Origin: Mobula birostris
Taxonomy: Eukaryota
DNA length: 64,000 nt
Reading direction: 5' to 3'
NCBI RefSeq assembly: GCF_030028105.1
Contig: NC_092376.1
Span: 144,768,230-144,832,229, forward strand
Of the stretch, positions 52,481-64,000 are shown one piece after another. Numbering within the stretch: the stretch's first letter is position 1; the number at the start of each line of letters is the position of its first letter. The notes under the pieces are model-generated. The model ran no database searches and was not told where the DNA came from. It saw only the letters and a list, made by a program, of their open reading frames with translations. The translations under genes were made by a program, and so were the position numbers.

Positions 52481-55161
52481 AACTCATTCCAACATGTTCA
52501 ATGCTAAATTAGGAAAGTACTTATGAAAACTTTTAAGTGCAATTCAATCAACCTCTAATACATGCCAGTCAAGATTTCAATGTCTTAAGATTTTAACAGC
52601 TGAATGAAAATCAAAAAGTTCAGGTTCTGGAAATCTGAAACTAAAGCAGAAAATGCTAGAAGCACTCAACAGGTCAACCATCATCTGTAGAAAGAGATTT
52701 CAAATGATGACCAATCGTCAGAACCGGAGAATGGCATTTGACTTCAAATATTAACTCCATTTCTTTCTCTGCTTTTCCGTTTTCCTATTTTTATTTTAGT
52801 TACAATTTAAAAGCTGCTTTCTCATACAGTTATCTTCATTATACAGATTAGATGTCACGTTTATTGCCACTGACAGAGGATGAGAAATATGTTATTCTGC
52901 AGCAGCAGCAATGGTGAGCAGACATTGAATTACCACAAATTATATAAGTAATTAATGACACAGAAATGAATAGTGAGGTAGTGATCATGGACAGTTCAGA
53001 AATCTGATCATACAATCTACTTTAACTAAGTCAATTAGTTAAAGATATCATTTTAAATTAAAAATCCCCTTTTTTAAAAACCTTTACCCCAAAACACTAA
53101 CATCACCAGACTGTAAATTCTTAACAACTTCAATGTGAACATCCCAGATAAGCACAAGTCATTGACCTGTAAAATAAAACTAGCTCTTGTGTTATTCTGT
53201 TTTCATTTTATTTGGAATTGAATATTTCCATCAGGGTTGCTTACATCCAGACTAGTGATAGGAGTACATTACTAACGGCTGCTACACCATTTTACCACCT
53301 TCTGAACAGCTGACTGCCAAGTAAATCTAAGCAGGATTCTGACCAAGAACTTGCACAAACTACAATGTTGATTTCTTATAGTTCTACACTCCTTTCAAAA
53401 GATTTTTTTAAACCTTAGCCCTCAAATTATAATTTTGCTGTAATTTAGGTAAATTTTTTTCTGATCTCTCAGATGACTGAATTTTAACAAAACTCATCAA
53501 TCTCCAAATTCAAAGTAGATGCCCAGAGTATACAATAATACAACAAAATTAGAGCTGTACATCATCTAGCCCCTTAAACTTGTCCCTCCCACTTAGTCTT
53601 GATGATGGCTAATCTACTCCTGGCCTCAACTCTTCCATACTATGTCCATATAGCTGTCAATTTCCGAATATTTCAATGTTGTACGTCAAGTACAAAAGCA
53701 AGGAAATCATGATGAACCTCTCTAAAACACTGGTTTGACTCCATCCAGAGTATTTTGCCTGGTTCTTGTCACCTTACCCTAGGAAAGATATGGAGAACCA
53801 AAGAGTTTTACTGAAATCGTTCCAGGGATGTGGGTCTCTATTATGTGTACTGATTGGAGAATGTGGGGTAGTGCAAATTTGATATGAGGTTTGGAAGTGA
53901 CTTGGCATACAAATAATGAAGAGCATGGACAGAGAGGATTGAAATTGTTCCCATTTGTGAAGGAAATCAATGAGGTGATATGTAAAGGAATGAAAATTAA
54001 TTAGAGGGTTTTTTTGTTTCTGCAGACACACAGATGTTGTCTGGAACATATTGTCTGGGGTAGAGGTAGAGATAGATTCAATTTATACACTCAAACTGAG
54101 CTAGTTAAATATCAGGAAGGAAATCAGCAAGACTTGGGGCAGGGCAGGTAATGAAGACTCACCAGACTGCTGTTACCTAGGTTTTCAGGTAGTGAGAAAA
54201 CCAATGGATCCAAGGTTAGTATTGTATATTGGTGTTGACATGTAAGATTAGCAATGATTTTACTGAATGCTGGATGTGGTATAAGGAACTAAACAGCCTC
54301 CTGATGTTTCTATTTCTTATGCTCTTATGGAGTTGGTAGAATCTCAAAAGGGCAAATGACCTCCTAACAAGCCACAACCATTCTGAAACATCAGTTTTGA
54401 ACATCTTTTCCATTATACCATTTGCCGCTCTTGTTTATGTAAATTTGTTCCACTAATAACCATGTCTTGGCTCACTGGTCAAGTATTTTGGGCTAACTAT
54501 TCTGCAACAACTCAGTTGGTCAAAACAGGATAAGATATGGAAAGCTCTGCATGCTTTTTCAGAGCACATCTCTTTAACGTTAATATCATTTTCTCCCATG
54601 AAATGTGACTGTGGACACCTTGGTGAGCTGATAACATAACTAAACTCCCTATGGCATAAACTCCAAAAGCCCTTTTAGCTTAATAATGGATCTTTACCTG
54701 ATATGGATACTACGATATTTATAATGGACTTTCATCTTGACTGTGCCTTATTGCCTTTTTCCACAGCATGTCAATTTCAAAGACATATGAGCTCCATATC
54801 AAACACATCCCACCATATACTGTATTACTCTAGTTTTTTTTCTTCGGGTGCTTAACAGCTAAGAAGCAATCAAGCTTGAAACATTTTTGCATGTTGTTCT
54901 TAGATATGCATCCATCATTTTTGTTGATCAAAGGCAAATAACACTTCTTCAGCTCTCTGAAGTTAAATGAGTTTTCATTGAATTCTGCTTCATCTTTTCT
55001 CATTTACTTTGAGTGATACATGTTTAAATTCAGACAAAATTCTTAAAACATATTTAAAACTTCAGAAGAGAGTTTTAAAAGATTTCCAAATTACAAATGA
55101 TTTATATAACACAAATGATTTCCAAAACACAGGTACAATCTTATAAGCTTAGAAGACATAC

Positions 55162-55296
55162 CGATGAGTTGCAGACAAACGAGCCGTCCGTCGCAGAAAT
55201 TGACGGCAGAGGAATGGATTTTAGTTCACCGGTCTTTCTGTCATTCTTCATGATCTTCTTTAACCGTTTCCAAACAGCCTGAATGTTCTCGTACAT
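55162..55296 (-). CDS. Candidate first coding exon of an unidentified host gene (MYENIQAVWKRLKKIMKNDRKTGELKSIPLPSISATDGSFVCNSS)
   Basis: ATG at 55296 with an in-frame TAA directly upstream, 45 open codons, and a phase-0 donor TCG|GTATGT. Locally CpG-rich, non-repeat sequence. Confidence 0.5.
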
Positions 55297-56359
55297 TTAT
55301 ACTATATTGTTTTGCCACTTGAGTGACTTCACATACGTGATTTTTTTTTTCAGATATCTTTTCACACAGGCGGTCTAAAAGCTTCTGAGGACAGAGTTCC
55401 CAGATAATTACAATTAATGCTGTGAAGCTTATTCCGAGTACACAAATGTTCCAACTATTAATACATCAGCTAATTGATGTGCTAGGTGATCATATCAATC
55501 TGGTCTGCAAGCTTCCTGAACTAAATATCTTAGCCAGAGTTAAATAATTTAGTCTGATTTGACACAAGCCAAATTAACATACCTCATTGCCTGACACTGC
55601 AACAAGCACCATGCTGTGTGGCATCATCCTATGCTCTATAGACAGTGCCATTTGTCTGCAAAGCTGTCCTTCTAACTTCAGATTGCCATTTATTTTAAGA
55701 ACTGAAGACTGGCTCCTGTTTACGACAAAAAGCTGAACAAAGAAACTTTGTTGGAAGTTTAACCTACTCAAAACAACACTTTGATCTTTGGAAGCACACA
55801 GCTGCTGTGTAGAAAGCTGAGCCTGGCAAAAAAGCTCCAAGCCCTGGACAGTGAATATCCATCACAAAGGTCTCTATGTGAAATTAGTCCAGACAATCAA
55901 AATCTAGCTCTTCACTTCTACTGCTCCAGGCTCAACACAGTTAGGAAATCTCACACAGGCCATGGGTTGGTGAAATGTGATATTGGTGCAGTGGAGACTT
56001 CTTTTAAAATTTAAATGGTGATGAGGGAGCCAAGTTCTGAATTATATAATGAAATACCTGCTTCTGAACTTCCCAATAATAACTAAATACCCTGCTTCGA
56101 GTTTCAATTCAGCCATTGACAAAATAAAGAATGCTAGATACAGAGCCCCGATGAAGCCAAACGTATTGGATTTCAGGCTTGATGCAAAACATGCAGTTGC
56201 TACTCTAAGGAACATTTATTGCTACCAAACAGGAATGAATTCCTAAGCACACACCTTGACCTATAATCTGTATATTGAGTCCAATGCTTAGCACAAGAGC
56301 AGTTATATCTAGACACTGTTTGAATCCAGCTTGCCTATTCACTTTTTTAAAATTTAGCA

Positions 56360-56603
56360 ACACAGAGCAGAGTAGGCCCCTCTGGCCCTTCGGCCTACAC
56401 TGCCCCAGCAACCCTCGACAAACCCCATTAACCCTAACCTAATCATAGGACGATTTTACGATAACCAATTAAATGATCTGGTACATCATTGGACTGAGGG
56501 AGGAAACCGAAGGACGCAGAGAAAACCCACGAATTCTGCACTCCGAACACCAAAACGCCCCAATTGTAATAGTGTTGCACTAACCACTACACTACCGTGA
56601 CGC
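56360..56603 (-). mobile_element. V-SINE (HE1-like) with internal deletion and CR1-type tail
   Basis: tRNA-like head GGCGTCACGGTAGTGTAGTGGTTAGTG, V-core GGTTTCCTCCCTCAGTCCAA and a CR1-like 3' end. Confidence 0.7.
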
Positions 56604-58050
56604 CTTTAGTAGAACTTTTTCCTTTTGTTTGAAGCATTATCCATGTTAAAGGCAAGAAAAGAGCCTTTCATTTTTTTCCAGAACAAGCAATTCTCTGAGA
56701 ACCATAGATTTTACAGTTTATTATTTCATGGGCATCTAATTTTAGATTTGTGTCAGTATTTAAAATATTTGGAGCATGAAGCTCTGCAAAGTGAAGCAGC
56801 AACATTCTGTTCACTGCTTAACCACAGACCTGATTCACACCCCCACTGATGGATCTGAGAAAGAAAAACAAGCTTCACAAAGCATCCATTTTACTAAATA
56901 AAAATCACACAATATACTTCAGTTTCAGACTGGCTGCACAATGGTCATAGTTACCAACTTACTTTACTCAGTAATTGTTCCTTAAAATATGAAGTAACGG
57001 GTCTGATGATGCTCTTGATTTGTTAATGCATCACAGAATTAGCCTTGTACTTATTGTGGGAGGGTGGAAATAATTCTTCAAGTCAAAGAACTGACTCTGT
57101 AAAGAGCTAATACATCAGTCATTGCCTGCAGCTGTGCCTCAATCTTTAGAAAAGTTAATAGTCAGTTTGATTGTTAACAACGTCAAACTGACTTGGCAGA
57201 ATTTGTCCATAGACTTCTCAGTGCCTCAGGAAGATTCCAAAAATCAAAATAATCTTATTTTCTGGTCCTCTGTTAGCTTTGAACATATTATGAATGCAAC
57301 CTGTCTGTGCACTGTTGCTGAAAGCTTCCTCCTTGGTCTGTAGCACTAAACTTACCACAGTAATGAATGAAAACAATGGCAGCAAGGCCAATGTAGGTAA
57401 ATACTGGAACTATATTGCAATTTTGTAATATTGACTGGAAGTGAATTTCTAGCAATGTTCACTTCCCATACCATACTAACAGAATTAATTCCCTCTAGCC
57501 CAAAGACTTGCAGTAAGCTTATAAAATGGTTATCTTCTCACAAATAATTGAGGCTCACTCCTATTGCAAACTTTCTATGAACTGAAATGTATGGATAACT
57601 GTATTTTGCAAAATTTTAAATTTGTTCTTATATTTGAAGCTCCATATGAAACACCTACCTTCAATGTACTCCAGATCAAGAAATACATGTCAGATTATTG
57701 ATAAAACATTCAGCTGGCTATTTCCTGCAAAATGCAAGCAAGTAACACTAAAAATGCAATAAATTGCGCATATTTTCCCATTCAAGCTCTGCACAAGTAA
57801 CTTAAAATGAAAATAAATCAGCACTGTTAAGACTACAAGACAGCACTAAACCGGCATGATATATTTCCCCAAGTATAAAAAATTAAGTTTAATGTCATTT
57901 TTCATTATGCATACTAGCTACAACCAGTCAATTTGCCAGAATTATTAAAAATTACATTATAAAAGGAGGCAATTTCAGCACAATGCTCACTGACTGCCAA
58001 GCCCCAACCCTCTACTCACAACTGTCTAATTTTCCATCTCAGGTACTCAT

Positions 58051-58575
58051 TGTAAGGTTAACTTACCTGTCAGTCGAAAGTCGCTTCTGCCATGCCAGTT
58101 GCTGATTGGCCTGTTTAAAGACCATGGCAGCTTTCTCCCATTGGCTGGGTTTCATGCCATGGCACCAGCTCCCGGTTCTGGGCACTGCAGGGATATAAGG
58201 AAAGTGTGTGCAAGAGCCTCGGGCTCTTTTCACTGGGGCTCCCCTTAGACTGGGTCATGGTCAGGGCTGAAGGACCACTGGGAAAGGCTACTGCAGAAAG
58301 GAGGGCCAGCACACTTAGACAAGTACTGTTTGTTGAATGGTTAGTGTTGTAGCTGTGTAACTTGGGGGAACTTAACAAGGTACCTATTTGAGTTAGAAGT
58401 ATCATTGATAGTTTAGTGTCATGGTTTTGTAATTTAGGGGGCTTAGATAAGTATTTGTTTGACTTAGATGTTTGATTGAGTGTTTCACTGTTCTTTGTAA
58501 ATAGTTAACATGCTTACTTGCAATCAATGTCTTCTGTTCCACTTACCAAATCCTCAGATCTGCTTCCATGTAACA
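58051..58575 (+). mobile_element. 5' LTR of a class III-like ERV
   Basis: TGTAA...TAACA ends, two ATTGG boxes, TATAA at 58194, followed by a PBS-like TGATGTCATTGGCAGGAT (58578-58595). Confidence 0.65.
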
Positions 58576-58699
58576 TTTGATGTCATTGGCAGGATTTGGT
58601 GAGTGTAATAGGAGTTTAAAACGTTCAGGACCAAGAGCAACTGAGAGAAGACCTCATGCAGGAACGCAGAGTCCCGGTCTGCTGGGTTCTGTAGTGTTG

Positions 58700-59667
58700 C
58701 CTACCTACGTACAAACCACAGCATGCCAGTGGATTGGTCAGGCAAGTTGGATTCCCACAGGGAGAAGACTGGACACCACATTGTGTCTGTGTTAAATGAG
58801 GGAGGGTTCCCAGACAAGAAAGGGAACCAAAGGGGTGCCCTTTGGCTGCTGGCAGCCACTGTAAAACACCAGCATGAGACAATTGTGCAGAGAGAGCAGG
58901 AGATAGCTAGTCTAAAGAATGGGGCGGAGGTGCTGGATCAGTGCTGTGCCAGCATGGGAGAAGCTGCCTGGTGAGCACAGACCCAGGCCAAAGAGCTAGA
59001 AGACAAGGGTACAAAGCTGTCCCAGATATGATGACCATCATTCAGGACATAGGGGGCTCCATTCTCCTAAGTCCAGAGTCATAGGACTAGTTTAGCTTTA
59101 TGTAGGAGCTCGGCAGTACATCTTTTGCTGCCTCCCCCCGGGGCATGTACACAGTCCCACACGGTGCCATAGCATGGTAGCTTGAGAGTTACAGGGGATA
59201 CATGTAGACCATAGCAACTCCATATCCCACCATATAGATGATGCCCTGTTAGAGATGCCCTCACAGGACATAGTGAGGAAGACAATGGACGAAGCAGTTA
59301 CCTCTCTGAGGGAGTGGAGTTGGTTTATCAAATCTGATAAGATCCGGGGTTCCAGTCAGAATGTTCTATTCCTGGGAATGCAGTGGTATTCTGCGCCATG
59401 GAAGTTAGAGGAGCTGATAAGGCCAAACACGAAAATTTGAATGTTGCGGTCCTCATCTCCAAGGAGGAGACACAATGCTTTGTAGGGTTCCTTGGTATTA
59501 GTGCCAACATATCATCCCTTATACCTGGCCTGCCATTAAATAGACCACTTTCCAATGGAGTCCCAAACAGCAAACGGCCTTTGACACTGCCAAACAGTGG
59601 AACACATCCTTCTATTAGCCCCTAGAGAGACTGGGGTACCATTGGAGCTACAGTTTTCAGCTGCCCC
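58700..59667 (+). pseudogene. Class III (ERV-L/ERV-S-like) gag N-terminus and RT remnant
   Basis: GALWLLAATVK plus coiled coil; then QYIFCCLPPGHVHSPTRCHSMV, HHIDDALL, WFIKSDKIRGSSQNVLFLGMQW, KEETQCFVGFLG and FQWSPKQQTAF. These are collinear with ERV-L RT motifs ([48 protein letters not shown]). Confidence 0.85.
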
Positions 59668-60220
59668 TATTGGAAAATGCATTGTATTTTCTCTGTATTA
59701 CAGTATTTATTCAAATGTACACATTGTATTTTCTATATTTACTATGTAACCACTGCTAGCTGAATAGAAGGTATTCACTATGTAGCCATGACTTTTGACA
59801 TGATCACTATTAATTCATGAAGAGAACTAGAATGAAACCAAGTAGAAAGATAATGGTGGCGAGTAAGGGGATGAAATATGTGGCAGTATGTCAACACAAG
59901 ACTAATTAAGAAATAACTGTGGTTAGGGATGAGAGGACATATGGCCTAAAATGTAAACTAGGAGATAATTAAGTTGGGGAGTAAAACAATAGTGGAAAGT
60001 CGAGAGCGGATATATTGATGATATGTAATCACAGGCTGACTGGATATGATAATGTAGCTAAGATAGGAAAATGCTATAAAAACTGCTGTATACAAGCCTC
60101 GATGAGCAGTCAGCTACTAGCTTTCTGATTGTCTCAGCTTTGATTTGCAAATTAAAGTTTAAAACCTTGACGAGTTTTCTGTGTCTCCTTGTCGTTTGTG
60201 AGAAACGAGAAACCACGACA
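59668..60220 (+). mobile_element. 5' LTR of a class I-like ERV
   Basis: TATAAAA at 60075, ATTAAA at 60151, ends ...CGACA just before the PBS. The 5' boundary is inferred from where the class III pol remnant stops. Confidence 0.75.
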
Positions 60221-60224
60221 AAAT

Positions 60225-60242
60225 TGGCATCACGAACAGGAT
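60225..60242 (+). promoter_or_regulatory. Primer-binding site, tRNA-Ser(CGA)-like
   Basis: TGGCATCACGAACAGGAT, 17/18 to the complement of a vertebrate tRNA-Ser(CGA) 3' end as I recall it (TGGCGTCACGAACAGGAT). Confidence 0.75.
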
Positions 60243-60571
60243 CGGATAGAGACCCGCGAGGAAGGGAACGGCAGATTGGGACGCTTCCCGGTCCCTCGAG
60301 GACCCTCATGGGGCTAACAGAATTAAGAGTGCACCCAAAGAAAAAAGATGAGCACTTTTTGCGATAATTCGGACTAAGAATTCTGTTGGTTTTGGGGGGT
60401 CTCAGGGAATCAGAAGTGTGAAGCCACTACCAAAGGGTCTCTCCGATCCAAACAATCTGGCAGAATCGGGGATAAAAGGAGGCTCAGAGGATTAATCAAG
60501 AGCAAGGCAGTGGGGGTAAGTACGAATAAAGTAATAATAAGTAAGAAAATTCCACGTGGTGTTGGTAAGTC

Positions 60572-60793
60572 CCTGTGGATACCACTTCGCACGAAACGAA
60601 GGTCTGAACAGGCAGGGAAAGAGAATTAAAAATCCTTGTGAATACCGCCTTAAGAAGTGTAAGGGTCTGCATAGGCGAGGTGCAAATTAAAACTCCTCGT
60701 GAATACCGCCTTAAGAAGTGTAAGGGTCTGCATAGGCGAGGTGTAAAAGGAAAAGGTTCTGTGGATACCACCCTAAATAGGGGTCTGCACGGG
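60572..60793 (+). ncRNA. Array of four covarying stem-loops in the ERV leader (candidate packaging/dimerisation signal)
   Basis: Units at 60572, 60635, 60696 and 60758 share GTG-RAT-ACC-RC-[stem-loop]-GGT-CTG with compensatory apical stems. Confidence 0.7.
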
Positions 60794-60957
60794 CAGAACG
60801 TAATAAGAGATAAAGATAGTTTAATAAATAATTCAGACGCTGGTGAGATAAACCATAAGGCTAGGCATAGAAATAGAGTTAGAGAAATAATATTATTAAA
60901 TAGGCAAGTCGTGAGATTCTAAAAATACCTTAAAAGAAAAAGGAAAAAGAGAACAAC

Positions 60958-63039
60958 ATGACAGAGAAAGGAACGGCAGTAGAAATATTGAGCAGAAAAT
61001 TCCCGGTGTGTCAAGTTAAGATCGCGGAAATTTCAGAAAAATGGGAAAAAAGAACTAAAAAACTGGTCACGGAATGGCCAAGAGAAGGAATGTTTGATGT
61101 AAGCTTATGTGAAGAAATGGAAGTGTTAAAACTCTTTAGGATGGAGGGAGAAAGGTTAAGAAAGACGGGAAATATATTAATAGCAAGTGAAAAAGACACT
61201 GAGAAACGAAAGCAGCAGTCTGATAAAGAAAAGGAAAAGCATAACAGGGAGCCGGCTTCGGCTCTATACCCAGACCTGAAAGACGTAGAAAAACCTCCTT
61301 CCTATTATGAGAAAGAAACCCTTAAGCAGTGTCCGATGATAACAGGAAGAGTGGATCTAAATGGAGAAATTAAAGTCTGGGATACCGAGGAGGAAAGAAA
61401 GAATCACGAAAAGGAGCAGGAGGAACTACGGAAAGTAATAGAAGAAGAGAGGGCAAAGATAGAACAGGAGAAAAGGGAAAGAGAAGAGGAGATCAAAGGG
61501 TTACAGGAATTAAAAGCGAAAAGGGATGAAGAGAAATCTTTGTTATATGGGCACGGAACTGAACAGGCCAGAGCAGAAGACTTGTCAGGAGAGCAAGGGT
61601 TAAGTAGCGAAAGAGAGGGTGCAGGAGAGTGTAGGCAGAGGATAGGAGATAGGAGCCTTGAAGGGGAAAAAGAGAGAGTGAAAAGGCAGATACTAGAAAC
61701 AGAGGGAGAGATTAGGAAATTACAGCGGAGACTGAATTTCCAACTGGAGTTTGAGGATTTCACATGGGCCCAAGCAAATGCTAGCTCAAGGCAGAAAGGA
61801 AGAACTCCACGAGGAGGCCAAGGGAGAAAGGAAACCCCGGAAAGAATCATGTGGCAGCCAGTGAAAACGTGCTCAGAAACAGATGGTGAGTCAGGCGAGG
61901 AGGAGAGTCAGGAAATGTGGGAAAGGAAAGGAAGAATGATGCCGTTGTTAGTAAAAGGATTGGGACAAGTACAGTATATTCCTTGGGGATCCCAGGACCT
62001 GGAAGGGCTGAAAAACACCCTGCCCAGCCTACATGAGGGTGCAGGGAAGTGGATTAGGGCCTTTGAGGAAGAAACCACGGGACGAATGTTGGCTATGGGA
62101 GATTTGAAGGCGCTGCTGATAAGGCTGATGGGAACCTCCGGACTGCGAGAGCTGATGGAAGCGGCTGGCATACAGAATGCGGACAGCACACTGATTGACG
62201 GGGCCAGATTTGACACAGTGAGGCAGAGGGTATGGGGGGCCCTCAGGGAGCTCTATTCTCCCAAAATGGACCCCAAAGCCACGAAAAGGGATCCACTGGG
62301 AGACACTGAAAATCCAGCAGCCTATATAGAAAATCAGTTGAAAAGGTGGAGACTGGAAACTGAACAAGAGGTGGAAGGCAACCCATTCATGACCTGGATG
62401 TTCGAAATATCGTTTTGGATGCAATGCCTCCCCAAGTTAAGTCTAAACTTGAGGAAGTGGTTGGACTGATGTCAATGACCCCACAGGAATTCAGGGACCA
62501 TGTAGTCCATGCGGTCGAAAAATATTGAAAAGACAAACGAAAGTTGACTGAGCAGCAAGAAGAAGTGCAAAGAAAGCTGATACAAATGCAGCTTGGAGAA
62601 CTTAAAAAGAAGGAAAAAGAAAAAGACAAGAAGATGCAGCCAGCAATGACCGATTTAAGCACAGCCACTGAAATGAACGAAATGACAGAGCCCAGAAAAC
62701 CCCATGCCAATAAAAAAAGTCTTTGGGGGTGCTTTTCCACAAATGCCCTATCAGGGACAGGATAAATTTAAACAGCAGCACAGACAGGACTGGAAATCCC
62801 AAGGAGTGGGGTAGAGAGGTTATGGGCAGGAAGGACCAGTAAGGAAACAAGGGGAAAAAGAGATATGGAGACTGTGCTGGGGATGTAACCAGCCAGGACA
62901 CATGAGAAGGGACTGCCCACGTAAACCATGGGCCGTCACGTACCAGCGGGAACCAATGAGATGGGAACCACAGTCTGGTCAAGGACCAGTCCCCGCAGGG
63001 CAGGCAGAACCCAGAAGGCCTATGGACCACGGAAGATAG
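60958..63039 (+). pseudogene. gag: ERV gag (MA, charged linker, CA, CCHC nucleocapsid), disrupted
   Basis: 503-aa ORF with WPREGMFD (MA-like) and YIPWGSQDL (CA start-like). A frameshift near 62403, a premature TGA near 62526, and zinc knuckle CWGCNQPGHMRRDC at 62875-62916. Confidence 0.85.
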
Positions 63040-64000
63040 CCTACTGGTAGCTCCCACCCCTTTACTGACTATCCTGATCTCAGAAGCACATGGGATGGAT
63101 CATTGTGCAAGGGGGTAAGTAATAAGGAAAATAAAAAAAGGATGGATTTTGGTCGCCTTATTTACAGGCTTCAGTAGACCATGTGTTGTCACAGTGCGAG
63201 GTATGTGTGCAGAATAATAATCGGAAAGGAATTACAACCCCAATAGGTCATATACCCGTACCTGAAGGGCCATTTAAACACCTAGTGATTGACTATGTAG
63301 ACATGATAAAAACAGTAAGAGGGAAAAGATACATGTTGATGGTAATCGACGGATTCAGCAGATGGGTAGAGGCAGTACCCTCGAAAGATCAAGGGGCAGG
63401 AACAGTGGTGAAATTCCTGACAACTGAAGTGATCCCAAGGTTTGGGATACCGACAGAAATTAGCTCAGACAATGGTTCAGCTTTCATCCAAAAAGTGGTC
63501 AAGTTAGTACTGCAAGCACTGAGAATAAAGCAGAGATTTGGATGTGTGTATCACCCTCAGTCGCAGGGTATGGTGGAAAGAATTAACGGGACCATCAAAA
63601 CCAAACTAAACAAAATCCGTGCAGATACTAAACTCAACTGGGTCGATGCACTACTGTTAGCATTAATGAGTTACCGCATGCAGACTAATCGGATGACGTG
63701 TCTAACACCGCATGAAATGCTAACCGGAAGGCCCATGCCAGTGCCCCGGTGGAGAGGACCATATAAAGGGCCTAGTTTGGAACAATTGGAATTGGAATTA
63801 AAACAATACATGCGGCAATTAACTATGATACATAAGTCTATTTATGTACAGGAAAAACAGAAAGAGCCAGAGATTGATCAAGGGGAAGGACCAATCAAGC
63901 CAGGCGATCGGGTCTACGTGCAAGCGTTTCGAAGAAAGTGGAAGGAACCCAGAAGGGAAGGGCCCTTTACAGTAACCAAAGCATCACCCACCGCAGTTTA
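63008..64000 (+). pseudogene. pol: ERV integrase (class I type), running off the window
   Basis: HHCC (AHGMDH...CEVC) with a stop and frameshift, then an open frame: IDYVD, WVEAVP, EVIPRFGIP, SSDNG, YHPQSQGMVERINGTIK, EGPFTV. Confidence 0.9.

Noticed and set aside
56425-56445. Telomere-like TAACCC repeats
   Set aside because: Only two to three imperfect units, inside a SINE body.
60635-60743. CRISPR-like repeat-spacer appearance
   Set aside because: Vertebrate ERV leader, no cas genes, and the intervening sequences are not unique spacers. Better explained as a tandem RNA-structure array.

Overview
Eukaryotic (vertebrate) genomic DNA that is AT-rich, CpG-depleted and dominated by transposable elements. 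The repeat mix (CR1/HER1-type LINEs, tRNA-derived V-SINE/HE1-like SINEs, Rex1/Babar LINEs, Penelope-like elements) points to a cartilaginous fish; this is an inference. There are no prokaryotic genes, CRISPR arrays, rRNA or tRNA genes. Almost every listed ORF is a retroelement fragment or noise. The window may be intronic to a minus-strand gene; the best candidate is a 45-codon first coding exon at 55162-55296. The right end holds a decayed class III (ERV-L/ERV-S-like) provirus. A class I (gamma/epsilon-like) ERV has inserted into it; that ERV has lost pro-RT-RNase H but keeps gag and an open integrase core. The most interesting signals are RNA structures that the ORF track does not show: (i) four covarying stem-loops at about 62-nt spacing in the ERV leader; (ii) Penelope-associated minimal hammerhead ribozymes of two families, with one copy fully intact; (iii) a possible HDV/CPEB3-like ribozyme fold at the 5' end of a non-coding insertion flanked by a target-site duplication. 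All alignments and folds were done by eye and repeat boundaries are approximate.
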